64,000 bases of DNA from IMG/VR virus record IMGVR_UViG_3300042197_001981. The stretch is one strand, 5' to 3'. The translations under genes and the position numbers were made by a program. Positions 48,176 through 57,756 of the stretch are shown piece by piece. Position 1 is the first letter of the stretch, and the number at the start of each line of letters is the position of its first letter. Below the pieces are notes generated by a model, which was not told where the DNA came from, did no database searches, and was given only the letters and a program-made list of their open reading frames with translations. This stretch comes from an uncultured virus (IMG/VR IMGVR_UViG_3300042197_001981) (lineage: Duplodnaviria > Heunggongvirae > Uroviricota > Caudoviricetes).

Positions 48176-48636
48176 TCGGTGTAGATAACGGGCTGAGTGG
48201 TGCGTGGTGCGTGTTGCAACACGACGGCAGCATCGTCGAGTACGACACCATGCCCTTGACCAAGTTCGGCGGCAAAAGCGAAATCGACCCCGAGGCGTTG
48301 CTGGCGACATTTCGGCGGTTTGAAGGCGCGTCGGTAGCGGTCGAGGAACCGTTGCGGTTTGCGCCTACGCTGCAGGCCATGCGGTCCATGAGCATTTCGT
48401 TCGGAAAGATTCTGGGGCTGTGCTCGGCCGCCGAAATCCCGCTTCAGCGGGTTCAGGTTCGTGACTGGCAGAACGCCAAGCTGGGCAAGTTCGCCAAGGG
48501 CAAGAGCAAGGTCGCGGCGCTGAAAGCGGCCAAGAAAATTTGGCCCGGTGAAAAATTCAAGGTTGGAAAAATGTCGGAGCCCCACGACGGAATAGTTGAC
48601 GCGGCCCTAATCGGGCTCTACGCTCTGGGCCTATGA
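48169..48636 (+). CDS. RuvC-like Holliday junction resolvase
   Basis: IGVDNGLSGA, VAVEE, SFG, W and HDGIVDAALI motifs. Confidence 0.85.
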   Translation: MVIGVDNGLSGAWCVLQHDGSIVEYDTMPLTKFGGKSEIDPEALLATFRRFEGASVAVEEPLRFAPTLQAMRSMSISFGKILGLCSAAEIPLQRVQVRDWQNAKLGKFAKGKSKVAALKAAKKIWPGEKFKVGKMSEPHDGIVDAALIGLYALGL

Positions 48637-48992
48637 GCAAGACACTACTTACGCTCCTGTTCGCTGCCGGCGTCGCCGCGGCGGCCCCGCAACACGGAAC
48701 CGCTAGCTGGTATTCAGTGCACAGCAACGGCGGGGCCCACACCGCTAGCGGCCGCAAGCTGGTGAACACCGCCGCTACTGCGGCCCACCGTACGCTACCT
48801 TTCGGCACCAAGGTACGGGTCACCAACAAGGTCAACGGTAAGTCGGAGATCGTAACCATTACCGATCGGGGGCCTTACATCAAAGGGCGCGTCATTGACG
48901 TCACGGTCGGGGTGGCCACCCGGTTAGGGTTCAAAAGCCGGGGCTTGGTCCCGGTTAAGGTTGAGGTAGTTAAAAAAAGTGCCAAACCGTAA
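48633..48992 (+). CDS. rlpA: RlpA-family lytic transglycosylase (DPBB) with signal peptide
   Basis: GTASWY, TASG, TAAHRTLPFGTKVRVTN and DRGPYIKGRVID. Confidence 0.9.
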   Translation: MSKTLLTLLFAAGVAAAAPQHGTASWYSVHSNGGAHTASGRKLVNTAATAAHRTLPFGTKVRVTNKVNGKSEIVTITDRGPYIKGRVIDVTVGVATRLGFKSRGLVPVKVEVVKKSAKP

Positions 48993-49215
48993 GTACATCG
49001 TCGCGGCCTTGGAGGCTATCATGGAAGACGTCACCGGGCTCAGCATGCGGGTCCCGGGGGAGCTCGAGTTTGACGCATTTTTCGACCAACCCCAACACGA
49101 CCAGTTCAAGAAACTGGTGCGTGTGGAGTTCAACCTCCCCGACGATACGCTGGTCGAATCCTGCGAGCGGTTCCGCGAGCTAATTATTTTGCTCGAGGAC
49201 GAACTTTTTTGTTGA
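48979..49215 (+). CDS. Small acidic protein, possibly acyl-carrier-protein-like
   Basis: 78 aa, acidic, with ACP-like hydrophobic spacing but no DSL serine. Confidence 0.45.
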   Translation: MPNRKYIVAALEAIMEDVTGLSMRVPGELEFDAFFDQPQHDQFKKLVRVEFNLPDDTLVESCERFRELIILLEDELFC

Positions 49216-49482
49216 CCTAGGCTCCGGCGGCGGTATTTGTGGGGCTCAACCCCAAACCACCGCATGAGCAATGGAGCAGGAAAAGGAGACAAACCCCGTC
49301 CCTACGACGGGCAAAAATACCGCGACGGGTACGACCGAATCTTCGGCGCCAAACGCGGTCATCGAAACCCTGAAGAAGGAGTACTTCAAAAAGATCCGAA
49401 GGGAGGATTACCCCAACACACCGGACATAACCAAACAGCTGGACCAGTTGGAACAAGCAATTAAACACTGGCAAGAACTACC

Positions 49483-50217
49483 ATGAAACTTATTGTCGGG
49501 ATTGCTACCACCCCTAAACGGGTCAGCTGTTTAGAGCCTACCATAAATAGTTTGGCTAGGCAATCCGTTGGTATTGATGAAGTGGTAGTGGTTTACCCCA
49601 GAACCTTTGCTAGGTTTGATTATTCAGCTGTGCCTGATAACGTAGTTTATTTCTTAAATCAAATGGGTGTCACTCTGTATCAGCCCGAAGGTGACCGTGG
49701 CCCAGCTTGGAAATTCTTGGGTGCCAAAGAATTTGCTTCACCAGAAGATGCAGTCATTTGGTGCGATGACGACGTAACATATCAGCGTACGTGGGCTGAA
49801 CATTTAGTAAGTGTTTATGACAAAAGATGGGCAGCTGGGCAATCTGGCTATAATATCGTTAATGATTACGATAAACCAGAGTACGAGTTGGTAGAAGGTA
49901 GAGGCGGAGTAATTTGTTGTGCATCGAACATACCGGACAAAGGTAACTGGCCAGAAATTTCTGACACCGCATACGACCAGCTCAGTGAGTTACAACAAGA
50001 TTATTTTCTGAGTGATGATCTTGTTGTATCACAACTACTTAGAAACTCTGGTACCCGAGTGGTGGCCTATCCGCCCACCAGATTAAACTTTAAGCACACC
50101 ATATCTCATAATCAAAATACAGCCATCCACAAAACAATCTCTTTAAGGAAGGCGTATACGAATTTGATAACAAACCAAAAATTATGGAAAACAAAAATTA
50201 CTACCGAGGAAGCCTAG
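49483..50217 (+). CDS. Glycosyltransferase (GT-A fold, family 2-like)
   Basis: TTPKR...TINSLxxQS, DRGPAWK, CDDD and SDDLVVS; AT-richer than flanks. Confidence 0.75.
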   Translation: MKLIVGIATTPKRVSCLEPTINSLARQSVGIDEVVVVYPRTFARFDYSAVPDNVVYFLNQMGVTLYQPEGDRGPAWKFLGAKEFASPEDAVIWCDDDVTYQRTWAEHLVSVYDKRWAAGQSGYNIVNDYDKPEYELVEGRGGVICCASNIPDKGNWPEISDTAYDQLSELQQDYFLSDDLVVSQLLRNSGTRVVAYPPTRLNFKHTISHNQNTAIHKTISLRKAYTNLITNQKLWKTKITTEEA

Positions 50218-50595
50218 ACCCGTTCGAGGATGTGGTCGACCTGTTGGAGAGCTTGAATGTGGCATTTTGCCTGATGATAGGCATGCACGGTCAAGCGGAT
50301 ACCCTGTGTTGGACTAATGTCGGACAGTGGGGCGCGGAAGCCGTGGAAAATTTTGACGAAGCATGGAAACAAACAAAAGAAGAACTGGACAATGACTAAC
50401 CGAATTACATTTACGCAACAACGCAGACTGGTATCTGAAAACCCAAGAATCGTTGAGTATCGTTTCAGTGACCGCCCTGATGAAGTCTTTAATAGTTTGG
50501 ACGATCTAAGGAAACATCGGGGGCTTACTGAAGAGCAGCTCAGACAAACCGTACAAACATTACCAGCAACACCAAATGAACTACCACCCCAATGA
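50184..50595 (+). CDS. Two small hypothetical ORFs (50184-50399; about 50392-50595)
   Basis: ORF track; overlapping starts and stops. Confidence 0.45.
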
Positions 50596-51019
50596 CCCCA
50601 AAAGAGAAGCAGGAAGCAAAAAATGCCCGCTCGGGCTCATCCCACCGTACGCCATGCAAGAGACCGCGTGGGTCCATAAGTTGGGTTCGGCCAAGTACGG
50701 GCCCTTTAACTGGCGCGATTCCGGCGTTTGTGCCAGCACCTACGTCCACGCGATCCTCCGACACCTGAACGCATGGCGTGACGGCGAGGACCTTGACCCC
50801 GAAAGTGGGCGTTCCCACATCGCACACGTGGCCTGTTGCTGTAACATTCTGCTGGACGCCGCGAACTGCGGTAAGCTAGTAGACGATCGTTCAATCCCAC
50901 CAGCCCCGGGCTGCGCTCGGTGTGGCGGACCCATCGAAGACAATTTCGTGTACGGGCCCGAGTGCCCAGTATGCGACAACGGACTAGACTACTACCATGA
51001 ACATCCAACATATTTGTGA
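50576..51019 (+). CDS. dATP/dGTP diphosphohydrolase N-terminal domain (DUF5664) protein with C-terminal Zn ribbon
   Basis: DPK...K.PLGLIP...GSAKYGPFNWR...RHL.AW.DGED.DPESG.SH.AH; CxxC...CxxC tail. Confidence 0.85.
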   Translation: MNYHPNDPKREAGSKKCPLGLIPPYAMQETAWVHKLGSAKYGPFNWRDSGVCASTYVHAILRHLNAWRDGEDLDPESGRSHIAHVACCCNILLDAANCGKLVDDRSIPPAPGCARCGGPIEDNFVYGPECPVCDNGLDYYHEHPTYL

Positions 51020-51097
51020 CCTGTTGCTTATGCTATCCGTTACGATAGCTGTCAGCTACATACTAATTCTGCTAAAAAACAACACCCCACAACCATA

Positions 51098-53330
51098 ATG
51101 TTCCCTACCTACACACCAGACGAAGCCGAAAGCCGGCAATACATTTCAATTACCCGACCCTACAACCTCAAGCTACCACACGAAGCCGAATGGTTTATTC
51201 GGGCTATTACTGACCTGCGCGAGGCTAACTGTTGTTTGGTTGAATATACCAACGGCGTAGAAATTTGGAGGCACCGCAGCAGTGTGCGCCTATGAACCCG
51301 ATCGACATTGACCAGTTTTGCCCTTTGCCTCCGGCCCGCAAACCGTGGGAAACCGACACGCCGACGCTGATCTCAGCGCTGTTCGTGCTGGCCGCGTCCA
51401 TTGAGAGCGAGGATGGCGTAGCCAATGGGTGTATCTACGAGGCAGCCCACAGGCTGGAAGAACTCTATAATAAAGTACATGAGCCTTAACGAATCACACA
51501 TCGTCGGGATTGTAACCGTGCTCTACGCTTGGGTCGGCGTTTCGTATGCCGCGAAAGGCGAGTTCCCGTGGGCGCTGACATGGCTGGCTTACTCGCTGGC
51601 CAACGTGGGACTTATTTGGGCGGCGAAAGAATAAACCAATGAAAGACAAAACTACCACAGAAAGATATCGTGAGCATTCAGAGATGCTCGGTCGTATTGG
51701 CTCATTGATTCCAGACGAGTTTTTTGCCACGGACGAATCAACGACCGAAGAAGCCGTAGGATTGTTGCTTGAAAGATATTATTCGGAAATGGCAACCAAG
51801 TTTTGGGGAAGGAACAACAAGCAATGAAACCATACTACTACGTTTATCGTTTTGGACACGGCATGCCGACCGTGCGCCACGAAACACTGAAAAAGGCGCA
51901 AGCTGAGGCCGAGCGTTTGGCCAAGAAACACCAAGGGTTCCAGTTTGAGATCCTTGAGTTCAAGGGTTTGTCCAGCCTCCATGACTCGATCACCTTTTGG
52001 GTGGACGGTGTTGACCCAGATGACAACGAGTACGTCAGCGACGGACACGGAAACGAGTGGGCCAAGTGCGGACCGGATTGCGACATGGAAGTGGTTCGTG
52101 TTGGGAAAGTGCAATGCTCATGTCGGGAGCAGCAGGTAAAGCCTGAGTTGACCAATGAACCGGAACCTAAACAAGTTTGGGAAAAATTCTGGGATCTCCT
52201 AAATAAACTGGAAAGCAAATAATGACTGATAAAACAGACATATGGGCCGTTAGTGACCGATTTATCGACACCGTGCTGGATTATTACCGCAGCTATACCG
52301 ACGACGAGCTGACGCAAGTTTTCGCCAGAGGCCCGTTCGCAGGTATGTCCGAGCGCGAACTTTACGAGCTTGTGAAACATTGGGACGACAACCGAAAAAT
52401 CGTGCGGTTGCAGCCGAACGCCGACAAACGAAACTTGCAGCCGAACGCCGACAAATGAACGCTGTGATGAGAACGAAAAAACAGGACGAAAAGTGTCCAT
52501 ATCCGCCGAGTTCAACACCGCTTACCGATGAGGCCCACGCCCGCTGGGCCCAAGGCAAGGTCAGCTGGATCGACGAGATGGCCAGACTAGAACTCGAATC
52601 ACTAGAGCAGGCGCGGCTATTAGGCATGTCCGCCGAACGTGAGTGCGACCTTCGCGGCGAGCTTGAGCGTTGGCGCAACTGCGCCCGAATGCTGGCCGGA
52701 TTAGGTATGCCCAAGAGCTGGCAAAATTCTGGCGAGTGGTACAAAGCAATGGAATTTTACCGAAAACTACAAGAACAATCCAATGAAACCAAAAACGTAC
52801 AAAATCCTGAATGACTGCGTCGGCAACGGCATCGAATATGGTTGGAACCGAGCGCATAAGCATACCGATCAGCCGACCCCAGAGGTCATCAAAGATTGTA
52901 TTGGGGAAGCCATCATGCTGGAAATATCCGAAGATTTTTCTTTTGAAGACGACGAATGACCGCTTGCAAAAACAAACAGGCTAGGGTACGTTGCTCGCCC
53001 ATGTCGACCAAAAAGAAAATCAAATTTCCACTGCGCGGCCGTTACGGCATTAGCGCTACCATAAGGCCACAAAAAGCGAACAAGTGGGTCCTAAGGTCAC
53101 AAACAGGATTCATACGGTTTGGTGGTACCGAAGGGGATGCCCACAAGGTCGGTTACGTCGACTTCGACGGAGGGCCGTTTGTGGCGCTGGGGGACAACAT
53201 CGGCAACCTGCACCCTTTGCTACCTGACGAAATTGTCACTCATATCGAGTTTATCAAAGGAACCGGACTGTGCGTATTCACCAAAAATAAACATGAAGAC
53301 ACTGTACCCACCTCAGCAGAAAGCACTTGA
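51098..53330 (+). CDS. Cluster of small hypothetical ORFs (51098-51295, about 51292-51489, about 51479-51634 with TM, 51639-51827, about 51824-52222, 52222-52458, about 52455-52814, about 53001-53330)
   Basis: Contiguous coupled plus-strand ORFs with no recognisable families. Confidence 0.5.
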
Positions 53331-55674
53331 ATTTTTCGTTGGCACTCATCAAGCCAACCGCAACACCTTAGACAGTAGCATGGTCGGCACCGGCAAGACG
53401 GTGGTCGGCTGCCACTTGGTACAGGCTCTGGATAGGCCGGTCGGGGTAGTGTGCCCGAAATCGGTCCTAGCGTCGTGGCGTCGGGAGCTGGAAGCCCATG
53501 GGGTGCAGCCGCTGTTCGTGTTGAACTACGAAAAGATTCGTAACGGGCGGACCCCTTGGCTGACCAAGACCGGTAAAAAGGCCATGCGTTGGCAGGTGCC
53601 CCCAGACACGCTTCTGATTTTTGACGAGGTCCACAAATGCCTACCAGAAGGAACAAAAGTAGCCGCACCTGATGGGGCCGTTGAAATCCAATCTCTCCGT
53701 ATTGGAGACTCAGTGGAAACCCCCATTGGACCTCGGCCGGTTACGGCAATTTGGGAAACTGGGTATAAAGACATTTTATCCTTTACAACTGAAAAAGGTG
53801 ATCTATTATCGAGCCATGACCACAAGATATTCACAGAAGAAGACGGCTGGATTCGTGCCGACGAAATCCGAGAAGGACACACTGTGTTCGTGCACCCGAT
53901 GTGGAACAAGGCTAAAAGATCAGTCGGGCAGGTCGAAGATGTGTCGACCATGTTTCTGGGAGTCAAGACGAGTAACAGAAACTCGGAAATGTGCGATTTG
54001 CGAGGCACCCATAACACGAGTACCGAGCAATTTTACTGTTCCAAAGTCAAAAACTACGTGCAGTCGAAAATGCTCGAGCCTGCTTATGTGGGTAAATACT
54101 CCACGGCTTCGAGAAAAAGCGGCACAAAATATGAAACGACTGCAGCAGGAAAACCCATTACCGTTCAAAAAACGATGGGAGGACATGAAATCATCCAACC
54201 CAATGGACAACTTATCAACCCGGAAAATAGCTTTGCAAAAAGCACATGCCACGAACTTAGCGAAAGGCAACTACGAAAAGAATTTAACTGGCGGAAATGG
54301 AAGAGGACTGACGGCTCCCCAACAAGCATTGTTGAGCGATCTATCAAACGGGTGGGTGGCCGAGCATGTAATATGGGCCGGGGAAAAAGGAAAAAAAACC
54401 GGATGGCCAATTATGATGGTGGATCTTGCCCTTGTAGAAAACAAATGGGCAGTAGAATTGGACGGCCCATCCCACAGGAGCTCAACAGCAAGAATCCGAG
54501 ACCAGAAAAAAGACAAGCTACTGACAGAGGCTGGATGGAAAGTTCTACGGTTGAAGAACGACGAAGCATCGGTCTCCCGCGTGCTAGAGTTCTTCGGGTC
54601 AGTAAAATGAGCCAGCAAAAATGTTGGGACATTGAAGTTGCTGATGCCTCATGTTTTTTTGCAGAAGGTGTACTGGTACATAACTGCAAAGGAGCCTTCA
54701 CCCAAAACGCGCAGCTGTTGATCGCAGCCAGATCACAGGGTATCCCGGTGCACATGCTGTCGGCGACCGCTTGTCAAGACCCCACAGAAATGAGGGCCTT
54801 GGGGTACGCGCTCGGACTGCACAGCCTCAATAGCCCCACTGACGGACTGTACTCGTGGCAGGGCTGGATGCGAAAGTTCGGCTGCGCCATGGACATTTGG
54901 AATAGTTGGTACCTGCGCGACAAAGAAAAACTGGTGGACCTGCACGGCGTCTTGTACGGCGCCGGAGGCGTGGCTAAGCGCCTGAGTGTGGCGGACTTCC
55001 CGACCAGCTTCCGGGAAAACAGAGTCCACCTACTGCCGCTCGAGTGTGCCGGCAGCGTTAACAACATTTTCAAAAACGCCGGGATCGGTCACCAGCAACT
55101 GGTCGACTACATTCTGGAATCAGAAACCCCAGATGAAGAAATTGAAAACCAAGAGCCGTTCATTGTGCGGCTGCTGCGGGCCCGGCAAGAGGCCGAGCTA
55201 ATTAAAATACCCGAAATGAGCACTTTAGCTGACGACTACTTGGACGACGGCATGGCGGTCATTTGCTTCGTGAACTTCCGGGAAACCGCGCACGCATTGG
55301 CCGAGCGGTTGGGGTGCGCTATTATTGAAGGCGGCCAGTCCGCCGACCAGCGTCAGAAGATCGTGGACGACTTCCAAGCAGGGCTGACCCACTCGCTGGT
55401 GGTGAACATCGAAGCCGGAGGCACCGGGCTGAGTCTGCACCACCAGAGCGCCTGCGCCCGTCCGCGGGTGTCGCTCATAAGCCCGACCTACAACGCCAAG
55501 ACGCACCTGCAGGTTCTGGGCCGGACCCACCGCAACGGTGCCCTGAGCGATTCTTTGCAGTTTGTAGTGTTGGCTGCGGACAGTGTCGAAGAAACTGTAG
55601 CCGCCGCCATCGACCGTAAATGTAAAATGCTTGCAACCCTGCACGGTATTGAATACCAACCCCTGAACCAATGA
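53293..55674 (+). CDS. SF2 (SNF2-like) helicase containing an intein
   Basis: Q motif LYPPQ, Walker A GTGKT, DEVH, SAT, AGGTGLSL and QVLGRTHR. Confidence 0.9.
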   Translation: MKTLYPPQQKALEFFVGTHQANRNTLDSSMVGTGKTVVGCHLVQALDRPVGVVCPKSVLASWRRELEAHGVQPLFVLNYEKIRNGRTPWLTKTGKKAMRWQVPPDTLLIFDEVHKCLPEGTKVAAPDGAVEIQSLRIGDSVETPIGPRPVTAIWETGYKDILSFTTEKGDLLSSHDHKIFTEEDGWIRADEIREGHTVFVHPMWNKAKRSVGQVEDVSTMFLGVKTSNRNSEMCDLRGTHNTSTEQFYCSKVKNYVQSKMLEPAYVGKYSTASRKSGTKYETTAAGKPITVQKTMGGHEIIQPNGQLINPENSFAKSTCHELSERQLRKEFNWRKWKRTDGSPTSIVERSIKRVGGRACNMGRGKRKKNRMANYDGGSCPCRKQMGSRIGRPIPQELNSKNPRPEKRQATDRGWMESSTVEERRSIGLPRARVLRVSKMSQQKCWDIEVADASCFFAEGVLVHNCKGAFTQNAQLLIAARSQGIPVHMLSATACQDPTEMRALGYALGLHSLNSPTDGLYSWQGWMRKFGCAMDIWNSWYLRDKEKLVDLHGVLYGAGGVAKRLSVADFPTSFRENRVHLLPLECAGSVNNIFKNAGIGHQQLVDYILESETPDEEIENQEPFIVRLLRARQEAELIKIPEMSTLADDYLDDGMAVICFVNFRETAHALAERLGCAIIEGGQSADQRQKIVDDFQAGLTHSLVVNIEAGGTGLSLHHQSACARPRVSLISPTYNAKTHLQVLGRTHRNGALSDSLQFVVLAADSVEETVAAAIDRKCKMLATLHGIEYQPLNQ
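53638..54684 (+). mobile_element. Intein (349 aa) inserted just after the DEVH box
   Basis: Block A CLPEGTKV, block B SHDHKIFT..GW, block F CWDIEV...FFAEG and block G VLVHN followed by extein Cys. Confidence 0.92.
53816..54610 (+). CDS. Zn-finger plus DUF559/Vsr-like homing endonuclease in the +1 frame inside the intein
   Basis: CxxC..CxxC, CxxC..CSRKC, NPM, GGNG..T..Q, VDLA...AVELDGPSH...RDQKKD..L...GWKVLR. Confidence 0.85.
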   Translation: MTTRYSQKKTAGFVPTKSEKDTLCSCTRCGTRLKDQSGRSKMCRPCFWESRRVTETRKCAICEAPITRVPSNFTVPKSKTTCSRKCSSLLMWVNTPRLREKAAQNMKRLQQENPLPFKKRWEDMKSSNPMDNLSTRKIALQKAHATNLAKGNYEKNLTGGNGRGLTAPQQALLSDLSNGWVAEHVIWAGEKGKKTGWPIMMVDLALVENKWAVELDGPSHRSSTARIRDQKKDKLLTEAGWKVLRLKNDEASVSRVLEFFGSVK

Positions 55675-56810
55675 GTACACAACCAAACCACACTGACAGA
55701 CCGCACGCCGAGTTCGGCCCCAGCAGCCTGAAACACGTACACAACTGCCCGGGCTGGGAAAGCCGCGGCGGCACAAACGAGGCCGCTGAAATGGGAACCC
55801 GGATTCACGAAGCCGTCGAGGTGCGTAGCCCAGACACGCTCCACAACGAAAAGGAAGTAGAGATCTACGAGCAGCTAATCCGGGACATGGACGCGGCCGT
55901 GGCTAACATCAAGGAATTATCGGGTGTCGAGCCAACGGTGCATCAAGAAATCAGGTTAGAAATCAAACTCAACGGGTGTGAAACCTTTGGCACCGCGGAC
56001 ATCGTAGCCGTGGCCGGGCCGTACGCCTGCCTGCACGACCACAAGACTGGTATCGGGAGCGTGGACTCTCCGCCCAAGAACTGGCAAAGTACCGCCTACG
56101 CGGTGGGCGTTTTCCAGAAGTTCCCCGAGGTCCAGACCATCTTTGCCTCGTTCAGCATACCTCAGCGTGGGGAGCTGCTCATCGGCGAGTACAGTCGCCA
56201 CCGGTTGGACGAGGACATCGAGCGTCTGAGCCAGACCATTCTGCGGGCCCAAAAGGTCAGGCCCATGTGGCGCGGCGGCGCCCCGGGCTGGGAGGAGCTC
56301 GAGATCAACAACAGCTGCCAGTACTGTAAGCACCAGAGCGTGTGCCCGGCCTTGGGCCATACCGCGGTCGAAATTGCCCGCAGGTACCAGTCGGACCTGT
56401 TGCCAGCCGACGGATTGATCGCGTCTAGCGACATTGACGATCCAGAGGTGCTGGCCCGGCTGTACACCGTCGCCACGATCGTAGAAAAGTGGGCCGACGG
56501 TATTCGCCACAAAACCCTGAGCCTCGCCAAGGAAGGGGTGGACATTCCGGGCTACCGTTTGAAAAGCATGGGCGCCAAGAAAAATGTCGTTGACAAGGCT
56601 AGCTTCCTCCAATACATCGAGTCGCTCGGCATCAACCAGCTAGAACTTCTGCAAAACGTTGAAATACCTGTGACCAAGATCCGCGACCTGTACGCGGGCA
56701 AGGCACCCAAGGGTAAGAAAACAGCGTGGGCCAGACAGTTCGAGGACGGTCTCGAGCAAGAAAGAATCACCGAGAAGGGCACCGAAAGGTTCACCCTTAC
56801 GCGGGACTGA
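55671..56810 (+). CDS. Cas4-like PD-(D/E)xK exonuclease (DUF2800 family)
   Basis: HAEFGPSS...CPG, GTRIHE, E.RL, FGTAD, DHKTG, Q...YA and CQYC....CP. Confidence 0.85.
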   Translation: MSTQPNHTDRPHAEFGPSSLKHVHNCPGWESRGGTNEAAEMGTRIHEAVEVRSPDTLHNEKEVEIYEQLIRDMDAAVANIKELSGVEPTVHQEIRLEIKLNGCETFGTADIVAVAGPYACLHDHKTGIGSVDSPPKNWQSTAYAVGVFQKFPEVQTIFASFSIPQRGELLIGEYSRHRLDEDIERLSQTILRAQKVRPMWRGGAPGWEELEINNSCQYCKHQSVCPALGHTAVEIARRYQSDLLPADGLIASSDIDDPEVLARLYTVATIVEKWADGIRHKTLSLAKEGVDIPGYRLKSMGAKKNVVDKASFLQYIESLGINQLELLQNVEIPVTKIRDLYAGKAPKGKKTAWARQFEDGLEQERITEKGTERFTLTRD

Positions 56811-56867
56811 CGGCCAGCGCACAGCCTGTTAAATAGTGCGACAAACAACAAAACACAAAAAATAGTA
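56811..56867 (+). promoter_or_regulatory. Putative H-type pseudoknot plus unstructured A/C tract before the SSB-like gene
   Basis: ggc/gcc and cgcac/gtgcg interleaved stems. Confidence 0.5.
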
Positions 56868-57548
56868 ATGTCTGAAGAAAATACATCAGTAATTGAGGCC
56901 CCGACCGGGCTCGCTGTTGCCGGCAGTTTCAATGCCGGTTTTAACGCCGAGGACTTCCGGGTGCCTTACCTCAACTGCATCCAGAAAATGAGTGGCATCG
57001 ACGGTAGACCCGGCGAGCTGGTCTTGGACCGCAGGGCAGTCGTGGTCGAGAACGGTAAGAAGTTGCCGGTCACGATCGTAGCTATCCAGAAGAGCTGGGT
57101 TGAAAAGGTGCCGTTCGATGAAGAAGTTGAAGCGCGTGTGGCCTACACCCGCGACCAGCTTGAACTCATCAAGCAGGACACTAAGTACAACATTATCCCG
57201 CGGGCAACCATTACCCTGTTGATCCCGCACTCGAAGGATACTTGCAACATCGACGACGAAGAGTCGGCCGAGCTGTTCCCGTTCTTGCTTGGCGGTACCC
57301 CGTACCAACTGGCCAAGATCATCACCCAACAGGTCGGTTACGACAACACGTTCAAGGTGGTGAACAGTTTCCACGTCGGTAATCCCGACCTCAAGCTGCA
57401 TGGCCAGCAGTGGAACCTCAGCACCATGTCCGTTGAGCGTGGTAAGTATAGCTGGTTCGTGCCAGTTCTGGGCCGCAGCAGCGTTGCTACCCCAGAGCCG
57501 GTGTTGGCGTTTATTAACCGCCTACTGCAGGAAGGAGGTGAACAATGA
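56868..57548 (+). CDS. Putative single-stranded DNA-binding protein
   Basis: Position between nuclease and polymerase; D.RVPYL..IQKMS, PGE and KYSWFVP motifs. Confidence 0.55.
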   Translation: MSEENTSVIEAPTGLAVAGSFNAGFNAEDFRVPYLNCIQKMSGIDGRPGELVLDRRAVVVENGKKLPVTIVAIQKSWVEKVPFDEEVEARVAYTRDQLELIKQDTKYNIIPRATITLLIPHSKDTCNIDDEESAELFPFLLGGTPYQLAKIITQQVGYDNTFKVVNSFHVGNPDLKLHGQQWNLSTMSVERGKYSWFVPVLGRSSVATPEPVLAFINRLLQEGGEQ

Positions 57549-57748
57549 GCTTAGCGATCGCACCACAAGACCCACGTCCGTATTTGACCAAGGAACGGGA
57601 TGCGCTGGCCACCGTTATGGGTGAGCTGGAGCAGAACATCGAGAAGTCGATTAACCAACTGCAGTCGTTGCGTGCCGTGTATGACGCGGTCAGCAACGAG
57701 TTGGAGAAACTTGGCCCGGGTGAGCAGCTTGAACTGCCGCTTGAGTAA
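57545..57748 (+). CDS. Small coiled-coil protein ending in QLELPL (beta-clamp-binding-like motif)
   Basis: ORF track; C-terminal QLxLPL. Confidence 0.55.
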   Translation: MSLAIAPQDPRPYLTKERDALATVMGELEQNIEKSINQLQSLRAVYDAVSNELEKLGPGEQLELPLE

Positions 57749-57756
57749 TTGATTCA

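Noticed and set aside
50576..51019. Z-genome (2-aminoadenine) pathway
   Set aside because: No PurZ or DatZ-like gene was recognised; a DUF5664 domain alone is insufficient.
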